A DNA stretch of 64,000 nucleotides from Octopus bimaculoides (lineage: Eukaryota), in assembly GCF_001194135.2 (NCBI RefSeq), contig NC_068984.1, positions 60,949,859-61,013,858 on the forward strand. Reading direction: 5' to 3'. Position 1 is the stretch's first letter; every line of letters begins with the position of its first letter. The notes beneath the pieces were generated by a model that worked only from the letters and a program-made list of their open reading frames with translations, had not been told where the DNA came from and ran no database searches. Shown here piece after piece: positions 39,689 to 53,432 of this stretch. The translations under genes were made by a program, and so were the position numbers.

Positions 39689-39690
<2 letters not shown>
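38970..39690. mobile_element. ~720-bp PLE-like element bounded by 51-bp inverted repeats and containing an HHR relic
   Basis: 38970-39020 is the reverse complement of 39640-39690 (2 mismatches), and TA tracts lie on both sides (adjacent on the right, ~90 bp away on the left). CTGAAGA...GAAACGCGCGTA spans 39383-39480. Confidence 0.7.
39378..39484 (+). ncRNA. Degenerate hammerhead motif with long stem II insertion
   Basis: CTGAAGA-GTGtcctc...gtggcCAC-GAAA-CGCGCGT-A-gtcc, with a perfect palindrome ACGCGCGT and a GUA triplet. Confidence 0.45.
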
Positions 39691-39725
<35 letters not shown>

Positions 39726-39734
39726 CATACATAT

Positions 39735-39810
39735 AGAGAGAATTCACGAAAAAACAACAGACGAAGACAAGTGGTGTAAACAACAAATGGATGTACTAGT
39801 ATAACGCTCG
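39735..39810 (-). mobile_element. 3' tail of the repeat family also seen at 62181-62315
   Basis: gagaattcacgaaaaaaacaacagacgaagacaagtggtgtaaacaac...taacgctcgggaat is the reverse complement of ~62236-62312. Confidence 0.8.
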
Positions 39811-39813
39811 GGA

Positions 39814-39859
<46 letters not shown>

Positions 39860-40908
39860 CATTGTGTTTGTATGTGTAACCTACCACGGCTTGATAACCG
39901 GTGTTAGTTTCGGGAAAAGGGACTAATAGAATAAGTAAAAGGCTTAAAAATTTAAGTACTGGGCTCGATTTGTTCCAGTGGCAGTGTCCCAGCATCACGG
40001 CAGTCCAATGAATGAAGCAGATAAAAAAATAAAGATAAATGATAACCTGATCAACTGCCGAAGGCACGAAGGTTTATGACCCCGATACGGACCAAGCGAA
40101 CTTTGAAACTAACTGCCCTCTTTATCAATATATTGTAACCATTTGATATTCAAAAGTTTCAGGTAGGAATGTTAAAGTCATATGATATTTGATCAAGTGC
40201 GTTCTATACTTTTGATCTTCAACGATAACCTAATAACTAACTATATATTATAGTTTCACTATGTGTTAGATGAGAGCTAAAATAACTACCAAGGCCTATG
40301 AAAGTAAAAAAAACAACAACGTTGATTTTAACAAAAGGTTAGCAACAATAACTCGCAGAAGAGCCATTAGTGGCATGTTTTGAGATTGACAACCGGCCTT
40401 AAGACGCAGGACACTTAAGGTAGTTAGATTGTATTTGCGATAGGGGGAGCTTATGTCAAAATTCAACAAATTCGAACACAAGGACGATATAAAATCACAT
40501 ACCATTAATTCAGGGAAAAAAATCATTCACAGCAACAGAAAGCAAATTACGCACGTAGTCACGCAAGCTCACACGCACATATACGTACGTACATACATAC
40601 ACACACACGCACACACACACAATCCATACATATAAACACACTCAAGCACGTGTACATGAACATATATGCACAAACACACTATAGACAAGAACACACTCAT
40701 TCCATCACATACGGCCGCAAGCTTGCGTTAGTCACAAAATATTGACTGTTTTGCTTAAATTTATGTCAGTCATCAAAATTTATTGCTTATCAAAGCAAAA
40801 ACAGAATAAGGTATTAAATCAGATTTTAAAAGAAGAAAGCAAGAGCAGGAAAGATAGAAATAAAGAGAGAGGGAGAACGATAGAGAGAATGAAAGACAAA
40901 GGTAGAAT

Positions 40909-40909
<1 letters not shown>

Positions 40910-41003
<94 letters not shown>

Positions 41004-41191
41004 TGATTGAGACAAAGTGATAGAAAAACGAAAAATGAGAAACGTGAAATAAGATATGATGGAAAGAAAAAATCTAGTGCACAAGAACTCAGGAAATGCT
41101 TAAATATTTGATCAACTTTTAACACGATACTCTTGATTTTTTAAATCTAAAACCAAATTAGTTATGCATGCATGAATATTATTATGAGTGT

Positions 41192-41264
<73 letters not shown>

Positions 41265-41270
41265 TTCACC
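40910..41270. repeat. (AG)n and (TATC)n microsatellites
   Basis: Direct reading. Confidence 0.9.
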
Positions 41271-41524
41271 ACTCTTCTAGCTCTGTCTCAACTAATTTGT
41301 CTGTATGTCAGTCTCTTTTTTCTTTTTATTTTTCATTATCTGTCTGAAAATTTATTTTGCTATCGCTCTCTCCTTTTATATGTATGTGTGTGTATGTGTG
41401 TATGTATGTATGTATTGATGTACTGATGTATCTATATATGTATATGTATATATATGTATTTATGTGTATACATGAATATTTATGTGTGCATGTGTGTATG
41501 CGTGTGTGTGTATGTATATATGTG

Positions 41525-41634
41525 TGTGGTTGCGTGGTAAGAAGCTTGCTTCCCAACTACATGGTCTACTATAGTTTCGGGTCGACCAAAGCCTTGTTTA
41601 GTGGATTTGGTTGTCCGAAACTGAAAGAAGCTCG

Positions 41635-41637
<3 letters not shown>
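41525..41637 (+). mobile_element. SINE of the second family, internally deleted head (tail at ~42370-42510 beyond the gap)
   Basis: ggttgcgtggtaagaagcttgcttcccaactacatgg...ctactatagtttcgggtcgaccaaagccttg...ggatttgg...gaaactgaaagaagctcgtc. Confidence 0.8.
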
Positions 41638-41673
<36 letters not shown>

Positions 41674-42309
41674 NNNNNNNNNNNNNNNNNNNNNNNNNNN
41701 NNNNNNNNNNNNNNNNNNNNNNNNNNNNNNNNNNNNNNNNNNNNNNNNNNNNNNNNNNNNNNNNNNNNNNNNNNNNNNNNNNNNNNNNNNNNNNNNNNNN
41801 NNNNNNNNNNNNNNNNNNNNNNNNNNNNNNNNNNNNNNNNNNNNNNNNNNNNNNNNNNNNNNNNNNNNNNNNNNNNNNNNNNNNNNNNNNNNNNNNNNNN
41901 NNNNNNNNNNNNNNNNNNNNNNNNNNNNNNNNNNNNNNNNNNNNNNNNNNNNNNNNNNNNNNNNNNNNNNNNNNNNNNNNNNNNNNNNNNNNNNNNNNNN
42001 NNNNNNNNNNNNNNNNNNNNNNNNNNNNNNNNNNNNNNNNNNNNNNNNNNNNNNNNNNNNNNNNNNNNNNNNNNNNNNNNNNNNNNNNNNNNNNNNNNNN
42101 NNNNNNNNNNNNNNNNNNNNNNNNNNNNNNNNNNNNNNNNNNNNNNNNNNNNNNNNNNNNNNNNNNNNNNNNNNNNNNNNNNNNNNNNNNNNNNNNNNNN
42201 NNNNNNNNNNNNNNNNNNNNNNNNNNNNNNNNNNNNNNNNNNNNNNNNNNNNNNNNNNNNNNNNNNNNNNNNNNNNNNNNNNNNNNNNNNNAGAGAGAGA
42301 GAGAGAGAG

Positions 42310-42342
<33 letters not shown>

Positions 42343-42801
42343 TGTGTATGCGTCTTTGTGTTTATTTTGCTACCTTTCCAGCGTTTGAGAACCGGTGTTG
42401 GTGTGTTTACGTCCCGTAACTTAGCGGATCCGCCTCAGAGATCGAGAGAATAAATACCAGGTTTAAAAGGAAAATAAGCACCGGGGTCCATTCATTCGAC
42501 TAAAAATTAAGATCTATTCAATTTGACGCACAGATTTTTTAATTAATTTTTTTTCTAACTAAACACTTTGAAATCTTCGGATACTGGTAGAATGTGTCAT
42601 GGCTACTTTTTCTAGCAGGTCATACAGGCAACCTGGTTGGTCTGTCTCAGTAATAATTTTGTTGTCAAAACAACCCTGATACAGCAAACTTATCATCATA
42701 GGCATTCCAGCCTTCAGAAAACCGTCTTTTTAGGGATAATCTAGGACATTACGTACATTGGGCGTGTAATTTAGGGAGGGGATACTTTGGCTGCTATTTA
42801 T

Positions 42802-42999
42802 GATTTTTTCTTGTGGGTATATGCAAAAGATTGGGTTTATGTTCCACCGCTACCCACTAACCTCGATGACCTTAAGCATCGAACAACAATAGTGATCAAC
42901 TTAGTGGATCGTGATATGCTGATACGCATCTAGGAGGAATTCTCTTATCGCATTGATATCGCCTTTGCTGCAGGTGGTGGCCAAATTAAACACTTGTAA
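42802..42999 (+). mobile_element. Tc1/mariner (maT-like) transposase C-terminal relic
   Basis: DFFLWVYAKDWVYVPPLPTNLDDLKHRTTIVINLVDRDMLIRI*EEFSYRIDIAFAAGGGQIKHL*. It has the DFFLWGYxKxxVY signature and the GGxIEHL-type ending, with one internal stop. Confidence 0.85.
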
Positions 43000-43479
43000 G
43001 ACAGGAAATAAAAGTTGGTTGTGACTATATACTTGTGACTTAGCTGGAGCTTTCCATTGCTTTAAATTCTTGAAGCTTTCCGAATTTGCAGATTATAATA
43101 TCATCTTAATGCTGAAGAATAATTGTTCCTAACATCCGTGTTTCAACCATTCATCACTTCTTAATCGAAACATAATTTCAGCATTCTTTTTGCATTTTAT
43201 ACGCTTTCTCAAAAGAAATGCATATATGTAGTTTGGCTCGTCTTCTACCGTCTGACGTAAAAATTTTACATGACTAGAATATGTCAAAATTCATAGTTGT
43301 GGTTATTGCTGTAAAGTTTCAGATGTTGTGTTGTCTGTTACGTGTTTGTTAAGAAAAGAAAAGGATTTGTGCTCTGTATCAAAGTAGCATCCACAAACTT
43401 CCTGCACTAATGTGTTTATAATTGCATGGAATATTTTAATGCTATATTTTAATAGTTTGTAGCTGCAATTTTCGTACTA

Positions 43480-45110
43480 AGAATCGTATGTATTTTGCGA
43501 ATTCAGGATATTGTTCCGACGATTACAACAACCGTTTGAGACAGATCTTGAATTATTTATACTCGTAACAATTCCATTGTCTGTTGTGTTGACAAATGTA
43601 CAAACTCGGTCATTTACTTAGTGATAATATATTCTCTACTTTGGTAAGTATGGTGAAGGCTGTCCTTCTCTGATAATATAAATAATCGAAACATCTGGGG
43701 TTTTATTCCTTACTTCTTGTACAATTGATAGAGACATTTCTCGTCGCCTAAATTGGCGTTTTCTTACCACATAATTATTTGTAGTTAATACTTTTAGTCC
43801 TCTATGCATTAAATATATTACATTGATCTAATCTACAACAGACTATATTGGTTATTGTTATATTTGAAATCTCTGGTCAAAGCGTCAGATGTTGGATGTG
43901 ACTGTGGTTACTGCTCTACATTTACTAGTATTAAAGTGCTTTCAGATGGTTTCGCTGGACATTACTTTTCATTATTGAATTACTCATCACTTTCAAGTGG
44001 AAACATTTCTTGGACTATTTCAAAATTGTTCCCTTCTCGTACTTATAAACATATCCGAGAAGATTAATTGAACTTACGAACGACAAGTAAAGCCAACCGA
44101 AGATGGCACACGGCTTATCTTCTGCAATAAAAGTCTCATATGACATGAGGGCAAGATTAAGAATACTTGTCAAAAAGCTTCCTTTTTGTAAACAACAGCT
44201 TGAACAATCTAATTTAGTAATATAACTCCTTGAAACATTAGTCACTTATTCAGAAACATTAGTCAGTATTTTCTTTTTCTAAGATCATAAAATTGAGACG
44301 ATGGTATGGTTCTGAACTCTACTTGAATTTAAGGCAGATCAATAGATTAAAGCTGAATAAAGAACTTTTAAGTACACGGAGTTTTGCTTGTGACATTTCG
44401 GAAAAATGCTGCTGCTATGATTAATAGGATTACAAGTGTAAAAAGATAATCTTATCTGGAATAGTGATAATTAAATGTGAGATATAAATAAATTTCATAT
44501 ATTGAAAATGTCCGAATACAACAAAAAGTTAATTTTCACTAATACTGAGCCTTTTGTGAAGAAATTGTAAAGAACTTTTGATCGGAATGTGTAGATGTAT
44601 ATGTTTATATGTACAACTATATATACACAACTACATTTTCACAAAATGCTGGCCTATTTCTGCAGAAACAGAATACATCAACCCCTAACAATTGCTAACC
44701 TCTTAAAAAGTTCAAGTGCAACCCACAAAGCAATACCGCCACCACATCTAGAACAGTGCCATTTTGGTACGTGCTTCCTCGCACGCACACGCACACTAAC
44801 GCGCGCTCGCGCGCTCAGACAACTTATACTAATGCAGATACATCATGCAACATGAATTCTTGATTTATCAAAATAATCTTCGGTCCAAGAGGATATATGA
44901 TAGTTAAGGATGCATCATAATTTTCAAATAGGAATTATGACAAGCTTCATTTGACAAGGGGAGATAACTTCAAGATCCAAGCATTTGCCAAAGATAGCCA
45001 GGCATTATGGAAAAAGACTGGTTTATTATTTGGAGATAAAAGGACAGTCGTGGATACGCTTGTGCTTTAAAATCCGCCATAAACATGCCCATTGTCAAAC
45101 CTAATATCTA
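43480..45110 (+). pseudogene. Decayed multi-repeat cadherin (protocadherin-like) coding relic, apparently intronless
   Basis: Colinear motifs: IIETSGVLFLTSCTIDRD (43682), LVKASDVG...STFTSIKV (43873), SSGNISW...HIRED* then TYERQVKPTEDGT/GLSSAIKV (44072), FACDISE/NAAAMI (44382), FKIQAFAKDS...TVVDTLVL*NPP (44965-45080). Confidence 0.55.
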
Positions 45111-45386
45111 GTACCCAAGGTACTTAGTCTTGTGAATTTTCCCCATAATTTTTATCCTATTACAGACTACAACTCCTTTTCTGAGAAAGATTTCTTGTAT
45201 AGATATCTGAAAATTTTGTAATTTGATCACCGGTTCTAGAAGTGACGAGAGGTGTTTGTTAAATTCCTACTGAATGCAGTATATAGTAATATCTGTTTAA
45301 ATAAGCAGTCTGGCGAAGCTTAGAAGTGCCACGTAAAATGAATCTTATGATAAATTTGAACCTTTCCTTAATATTGAGTTTCTGTG

Positions 45387-45701
45387 AGAGTAAATTTGTC
45401 GTTGTTTCGATCTTGTCAGTGCTATCCTAATCGTGTATCAGTTGCTTAAATATATGAAAGTCTATAAGGATTACTTAATACAATTTTTTTTTTTTGAAGT
45501 GGAAACCTGATTTTTCTAAACAAAGTGTTTAAAAAAAGATGTTATCAAAAGGAGGATGTTACTAATCTTTTTTCTTCTAGTGTGTCAGTATTTCTTTCAA
45601 AATTCTGTCACTTGAGTTAAAATTTGTCGTTGATTTCTATCTGGTCAGTGCCATCCTGGTCGTGGATCAATTGCTTAAATATCTGAAAGTCTATGAGGAT
45701 T
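45387..45701 (+). repeat. ~87-bp diverged direct repeat pair (45387-45472 and 45614-45701)
   Basis: aaatttgtcgttg...tcagtgc(t/c)atcct...ttgcttaaatat(a/c)tgaaagtctat(a/g)aggatt occurs twice. Confidence 0.85.
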
Positions 45702-45761
45702 TTGTGTGCGTATGTGTGTGTGTGTGTGTGTGTATGGGTGTGGGTGTGTGTGTGTGCGTGC

Positions 45762-45804
<43 letters not shown>

Positions 45805-47380
45805 TGCGTGTCTGTGAAAGCATGTGTAGAAATTGCAAAGAAACAAATCTTCATACATATACGTATTGTGTGTGTACCTGTACCTTATGTATATCTTTTA
45901 CAAATATGTGGTAATGTGTGTATCTGTGTGTTTGTGTGTGAAAAATATTATATTTACTACATAGTGTTTCATCCGTTGGAATTTTTAGTCTGCATTTTCG
46001 TATGATTTATTGGAATTAATACGCATACACGTACATAAAATAGTACGTTCTCGCACATGCACGGACATACACCTACACGTATACACGTACCCATATTCAT
46101 GTACATACTCATACATTTCTATTTGTATAAGAGCGATCATACATATTCATATAACAACATTCATACATATTCATATGAGTAAGGAGATGTATGCTAAAGT
46201 AAAATATTATCGAGGGTTGGACAAAAATGTACATTACTAAAATAACTTTGTGTGTACGTCTGTCACGTTTTGAGTCGAACTTCAAAAATAACTTGCACTG
46301 ACATATGACGGGTTAGAGGAATAATTCCTTGAATTCAAAGGATATACTTTCATATTATCTAGTAATCTGCTTTGCTAAAATAACAATATATGTATTTAGC
46401 ACTCTTTCACATGAACTAGAAAATAATTTGAACTAAAATAACGGGTCAGATCACCTAAAAATCAAATGATATACACTTCTCTGTGCAACTATCAATATAT
46501 CTGTCTAACTCCGTATGATTCTATCAGCATGGTTATCTGTAACTAAATACCATATTTCATTCGCTCTTTGTGCGTATATACATAAATACGTGGGTGTATA
46601 TGAATATATATATANNNNNNNNNNNNNNNNNNNNNNNNNNNNNNNNNNNNNNNNNNNNNNNNNNNNNNNNNNNNNNNNNNNNNNNNNNNNNNNNNNNNNN
46701 NNNNNNNNNNNNNNNNNNNNNNNNNNNNNNNNNNNNNNNNNNNNNNNNNNNNNNNNNNNNNNNNNNNNNNNNNNNNNNNNNNNNNNNNNNNNNNNNNNNN
46801 NNNNNNNNNNNNNNNNNNNNNNNNNNNNNNNNNNNNNNNNNNNNNNNNNNNNNNNNNNNNNNNNNNNNNNNNNNNNNNNNNNNNNNNNNNNNNNNNNNNN
46901 NNNNNNNNNNNNNNNNNNNNNNNNNNNNNNNNNNNNNNNNNNNNNNNNNNNNNNNNNNNNNNNNNNNNNNNNNNNNNNNNNNNNNNNNNNNNNNNNNNNN
47001 NNNNNNNNNNNNNNNNNNNNNNNNNNNNNNNNNNNNNNNNNNNNNNNNNNNNNNNNNNNNNNNNNNNNNNNNNNNNNNNNNNNNNNNNNNNNNNNNNNNN
47101 NNNNNNNNNNNNNNNNNNNNNNNNNNNNNNNNNNNNNNNNNNNNNNNNNNNNNNNNNNNNNNNNNNNNNNNNNNNNNNNNNNNNNNNNNNNNNNNNNNNN
47201 NNNNNNNNNNNNNNNNNNNNNNNNNNNNNNNNNNNNNNNNNNNNNNNNNNNNNNNNNNNNNNNNNNNNNNNNNNNNNNNNNNNNNNNNNNNNNNNNNNNN
47301 NNNNNNNNNNNNNNNNNNNNNNNNNNNNNNNNNNNNNNNNNNNNNNNNNNNNNNNNNNNNNNNNNNNNNNNNNNNNNNNN

Positions 47381-47423
<43 letters not shown>

Positions 47424-47640
47424 CACACGCACACATACACACAGACGCACACACACACAGACGCATACGCATATTTAGCCTGGTGCATATGAGTTAAATG
47501 AAAGCTATTAATACAAAACTGAATATAATATGATAAATATGTACAGTCTTTCTATGTATTGTATATTATTTCCTCTGGTTTAGAAACTTAAACGTGTATT
47601 CAAATACATCCAATATGTGTGTCTCTCTCTGTCTACCTAC

Positions 47641-47711
<71 letters not shown>

Positions 47712-48056
47712 CAATATTGAGCAAGGCTACCGTGGTCTTTTCCGTAGGCTTTTCTTCCACGGCTAAACCTAAACTGTCCTCCCCTCTTTTTACACGAGAA
47801 CATTACTGTGTGATACACGATCCCTATTGATCGCTTTTTTTTTTCTCGATCCCTTTTTCCCTTCCTACGATCCCTTTTTCCCTTCCTACGATCCCTTTTG
47901 ATCGAAACACCCCTATTTTTTTCCTTCCCCCTCCCAAAAAGAAAAGCTCTACATTGNNNNNNNNNNNNNNNNNNNNNNNNNNNNNNNNNNNNNNNNNNNN
48001 NNNNNNNNNNNNNNNNNNNNNNNNNNNNNNNNNNNNNNNNNNNNNNNNNNNNNNNN

Positions 48057-48092
<36 letters not shown>

Positions 48093-50652
48093 GTCTGTTT
48101 GCCTGCTTGTCTGTCTGTCTATCTGTCTGTCCGCTCAGCCGGCTGTCTACCCGCCTGTCTATCTGTCTGCCTAATATGCAAATTAATATAATATACTAAT
48201 ACATAGGATGAAAAAATTTCGAATTAGGTTGATGATAATTTCTATTTGAATTCTTGTACGAGTATATCTGCATATGCATTCACACATAAGTATGCATGCA
48301 GAAACATTTATTTTCATATCAGTCCTTGTTTATGGATGTGAGTGTATATGTATCTATTAGTTTCTAAGTCTTTTTTATATACTTATAAATATATGTTCAT
48401 ATGCGTATATGTGTGCGTGTTGATGCACACAAACATATATACACAATGTACGTGTAACAAAGGCACACAAACATATATACACAATGTACGTGTTAATGTT
48501 TGCAGTTTGTCTGTAGATGTGTATTTATGTGTGAAGAACCGTGTACGTAAATATTTGTGTCGGTTGTATGTCCTTATTGTTTTTATTTCTATCGTTGTTG
48601 TTATTGCCAGATTGAAAATCACTAAATTTAAAGGTGATCCACGCGTTACAATGCTGTCTTTTCCTTTCTAAATAAAAACCTCAAAGTGGAAGAGTCATCA
48701 GAGCATTGGACAGAGTTCTTTGCAGTATTTGTTTCATCCTTTTGCATTCTTAGTTCAAATTCCTCCGAGGTAAACTTAATGTTTGTTTCCTTACGGTATC
48801 AATGAATAAAGTACCAAATCACGGCAGTATTTATGGAATTATGGAAGTGTCGAATAAAATGGCTTGCGATATCTCTTCTGGTTGTTTCTTTTCTTAGTTA
48901 AGTTTCCGTTAAACTTCCTCCCCAAAATTTTGACGAGTCTTCGTGGTGGGAAACGGTTTCTGCGTGACACTGTGAACTGTGATAGGATTCTGAAAGTAAG
49001 GTGACTTGTCGATTTGAGAAACATCTCCGTCAGATTTAGACAAATATGTATCATGACCTACGTCATTGAATTTCTCTTTTGTTCACAATGTAGGGAGTTG
49101 TTTGAGAGAATATGACTCCTCTTTCTCTAAGAGCACGTGTGCAAAGAATCTAGCGTGTCTACACACTGTTATAACTACTTTTATTTTAGGAAGAATCTTG
49201 TAATCGTTATTGTGTTTGTTTCTCACTAGTAATCGCCGTAAATATAAGAATTCTTTCCATAATCAGGAAAGGTATTGATATTGAAGTATATTGTGTGTTT
49301 ATTTTGACTCAAGTCCACGTTACTGAAGTAGACAGGATTCTTTGAACAGTGATCATTCGGACAATATCAGCAATGAATATGCCTAAATTATCTAATGTAT
49401 TTCTTTTATTTAATAGGGTTAGGTGTAATTTAAAGGCGATGGAGTAGAGGTACCATCGTTTTCATCTGTCAATAATTAGTAAGCGCTAAAACAATGTAAC
49501 GAGTGCTAAAGCTTTTAATGGTCAAAATTTGTAGTTGCATCAAATTTGGGTAAACACTGTAGATCAATGCTTAAATCACACCAAACAAAGATAAGTGTGG
49601 TAACTGAAAGTCTTAAAAACAAAATAAAAAAGAAACTAGGGAAGATGTTTGTATCATTTTAGCACACCGATGTCAAAAACCTATTTTGTTCTTAGAATGT
49701 GCTGTATTTATGTAGCTTCAATGACCAGTATTGTATACCAAACATTCATGCATTCAAGTAATGCATTCTTTCTTGTTTTTGTTTTGTACTTTTGTTTTGT
49801 AACTATGTTGAAAATGCTTCTTATACTGTAGAAGCATGACCAGCTGGCGAGAAAATGTGATAGTTTCGTATTCAATTAGATTTTCAAAGTTTACACATTT
49901 CCTGTCAGAACCTGAATTTGTAAATACACGCTAATCACATGAAGTATACTGAGCAGTTTTCAGGCTTGTCGTTTCCTGTTGCCAAGGAGATGTCAATTCT
50001 TTTTGTATTCGTTATATGGAATTCGTGCGAGTAAATAATTGCATGTCATGTAAAATAATTTAAAACCACAGCATACATGTATGTATGCATGTAACCTTCT
50101 TGCCTCCATATATATATATATATANNNNNNNNNNNNNNNNNNNNNNNNNNNNNNNNNNNNNNNNNNNNNNNNNNNNNNNNNNNNNNNNNNNNNNNNNNNN
50201 NNNNNNNNNNNNNNNNNNNNNNNNNNNNNNNNNNNNNNNNNNNNNNNNNNNNNNNNNNNNNNNNNNNNNNNNNNNNNNNNNNNNNNNNNNNNNNNNNNNN
50301 NNNNNNNNNNNNNNNNNNNNNNNNNNNNNNNNNNNNNNNNNNNNNNNNNNNNNNNNNNNNNNNNNNNNNNNNNNNNNNNNNNNNNNNNNNNNNNNNNNNN
50401 NNNNNNNNNNNNNNNNNNNNNNNNNNNNNNNNNNNNNNNNNNNNNNNNNNNNNNNNNNNNNNNNNNNNNNNNNNNNNNNNNNNNNNNNNNNNNNNNNNNN
50501 NNNNNNNNNNNNNNNNNNNNNNNNNNNNNNNNNNNNNNNNNNNNNNNNNNNNNNNNNNNNNNNNNNNNNNNNNNNNNNNNNNNNNNNNNNNNNNNNNNNN
50601 NNNNNNNNNNNNNNNNNNNNNNNNNNNNNNNNNNNNNNNNNNNNNNNNNNNN

Positions 50653-50699
<47 letters not shown>

Positions 50700-51486
50700 A
50701 GTACGCGGACGTAAGTACACGGGAGGGAGCACACACATACAAACGGTTCTACTATAAAGAATATTCACTAATCAATGTAATTTTATGTATGATTCAAGCC
50801 ATTTCATTCATTTGGGCCACCGAACATCAAATATTGATTGTCCAACAACATTCAAGTTAAAGATAGTCAATGCAATGGTGACATATCATGTGAACTTTGT
50901 ATATATAAGTCTAGTGTTCTTTAGGGTTTATCAAGGATTGTTTGGGAACAAGCACAACATTCATTCTTAAAAAGGAAATTGATTTTGCTGCTAGTTCAGC
51001 AATGACACTTGACATATATTCTTATTGATCAGATGGAAAAGACGAATAACTTTGAAAAGTGTTATAGTAATATTCCAGTTATCTATATGGTGTATGTACA
51101 TCGCTAAGCGATTAGACAAATGTCTCTGTAATAGTTAGACTGTGCAACATTGAATCTAACCGGTTATTCTGCAGCAAATTAAATGATATTAATATAACGT
51201 TTGTCAGATTTTACTTAACTCCTCTAGAATTGCTTCCGTTCATTAGAATAGATTAATTAAGAGTTGTTTACAAAAATTAACATTTAAGCCTATGTTTAGT
51301 TCATATTCAAACAATATCTTAAGATTTAATCTTATAATATATAAATTTTGATTTTAGTTTTCTCCAATATAGCAACAACATTCCAAAAGGATTTGAAAAA
51401 CAAGTTGCATGCAAACGCCTATGCACACAAACATATAAACAAGTATGCATACATAAGGTGTGTGAAGTTGTATGCATGTCTATAAA

Positions 51487-51529
<43 letters not shown>

Positions 51530-51837
51530 GATTGATAAATAGATAGATAGAAAGTTATAGATATATTTAGTTGTATAGCTATATATCTGTGCATGTCACC
51601 AATGTGTGTGTCTCATAATTCGATATTAATTATATCGATACGGCTAAGACACTATTGTTAAGACATAGCTAAGATAATATGATTACTATTTTCTTGTTTT
51701 CTTTAATCTTGTCACATCTATATCTATCTCTATCACTCGTAAGGAGAAAATATACGAACAGACGCCCATGTACGGTATAAAGTTAATCTTACGAAACATG
51801 AAGTAAATTCAAGTTAATATTTTGCTTTTCTGTTCAC

Positions 51838-51894
<57 letters not shown>

Positions 51895-51962
51895 TCTCAT
51901 AGATAAATAAGTAGATAGACACACACAGACACACATACGCACGCACGCACGCACGCTCGCAG

Positions 51963-52001
<39 letters not shown>

Positions 52002-52011
52002 NNNNNNNNNN

Positions 52012-52056
<45 letters not shown>

Positions 52057-52399
52057 GGCGCGCTCGCGTGCTCGTAGTCACACACAGTCAACACTTTTAC
52101 TGGTGCGCACCTACTTTTGACCAGTGAAATATTTTCAGTATTCTGAAGCCCTGAAAACGAGGAAGCGCAGACATTTAACAGAAATAGGGTTTAAATATTT
52201 ACATTTAAACAATAGAATGGGCGAGTCTTGAATGAATGAGAAGCGGTCACTGTCGTTTTCAAATCTGTTTGTCGCTAAATGCTGAAGATAGAACACGACA
52301 ATTCCAATAAAAGAAAGCGGTGTAACATCGGATAATGAGATTAATGCTGTGGTTTGATTCTGTAATATAATATTGCTTTCACATTACTTACTTAGTTGG

Positions 52400-52800
52400 A
52401 CATAGTGTATGACTGCCTTGATGGGAGAGATTTCGAATGAATGCTTGTCAATTGACATTTTTGGATTAATTTGGTCGTTTAATCCCTCGATAGTCAACGA
52501 CTGATGCGACTCCTTATTACCTTCATTTCTTTCTCTCTAACTGAATCTCTTTCTCTTCTTTCTGTTATGAAGGTTTGACTGTCTATCTGTCCTTTGATCC
52601 TCTTTTATGAGCTGAGCTAAGGTTAATCAAATCCTTATTGATTTGCAATAAACAACTTTTGATTAGTCAGAGTGTTTTGTTGAAATCAGTTAATGAATTT
52701 GATGTATTGCTGTTCACCGTCATTGATTAGTTCATTCATGACATCATCATTCAAGCTGTAATATCTGTTCTTGTTAACGAAAATTTCTAATTGGAAAGAA
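52400..52800 (-). pseudogene. Possible decayed cadherin-like relic
   Basis: SLTIEGLNDQINPKMSIDKHSFEISP (52496-52422) resembles xIxDxNDxxPxF...YxFxIxE. Confidence 0.3.
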
Positions 52801-53329
52801 AACTATCAGATTTCAAATTGCGGGACATGCTACATTTTCGGAAGATAAATATAAAAAGATAGATAAACCTCTTTCTACCCAAACATCTCTCAAACTATTT
52901 ACACTGCATATCTCTCAATCTATTCACACTGAATACACACACACACACATGCACACACACTCACACACACACACGCGCAAATCACACGTACACAGGTGCA
53001 CAAACACACGCACACTCACACACACATTCAAAAACGTATACACATACTCACGTGTGTGTATGAATGTATAGAGAGATCCATATATGAATAGATTCATGCA
53101 CACGTTTTCGCCAATGTCTTTCTCTTCTGAAAACTTTCCTCGGCAAAAAAGAAAGAAAAAAAAAATCCCAGCTTTTCAGAAAATGGAAACGCACACTTTT
53201 TCACGAACAAAACCACATATATCATGATAGTGATATCATACGTACGCATACATACATACTCAATCACACATAGTTACTCATGCGCATACATTTTGTATGT
53301 CTGCATATATATGTGTGTGTGTGAGTATA

Positions 53330-53375
<46 letters not shown>

Positions 53376-53432
53376 NNNNNNNNNNGTGTGTGTCTGTGTG
53401 TATAGAGATATGCGATGATTTGAAAATTCTGT

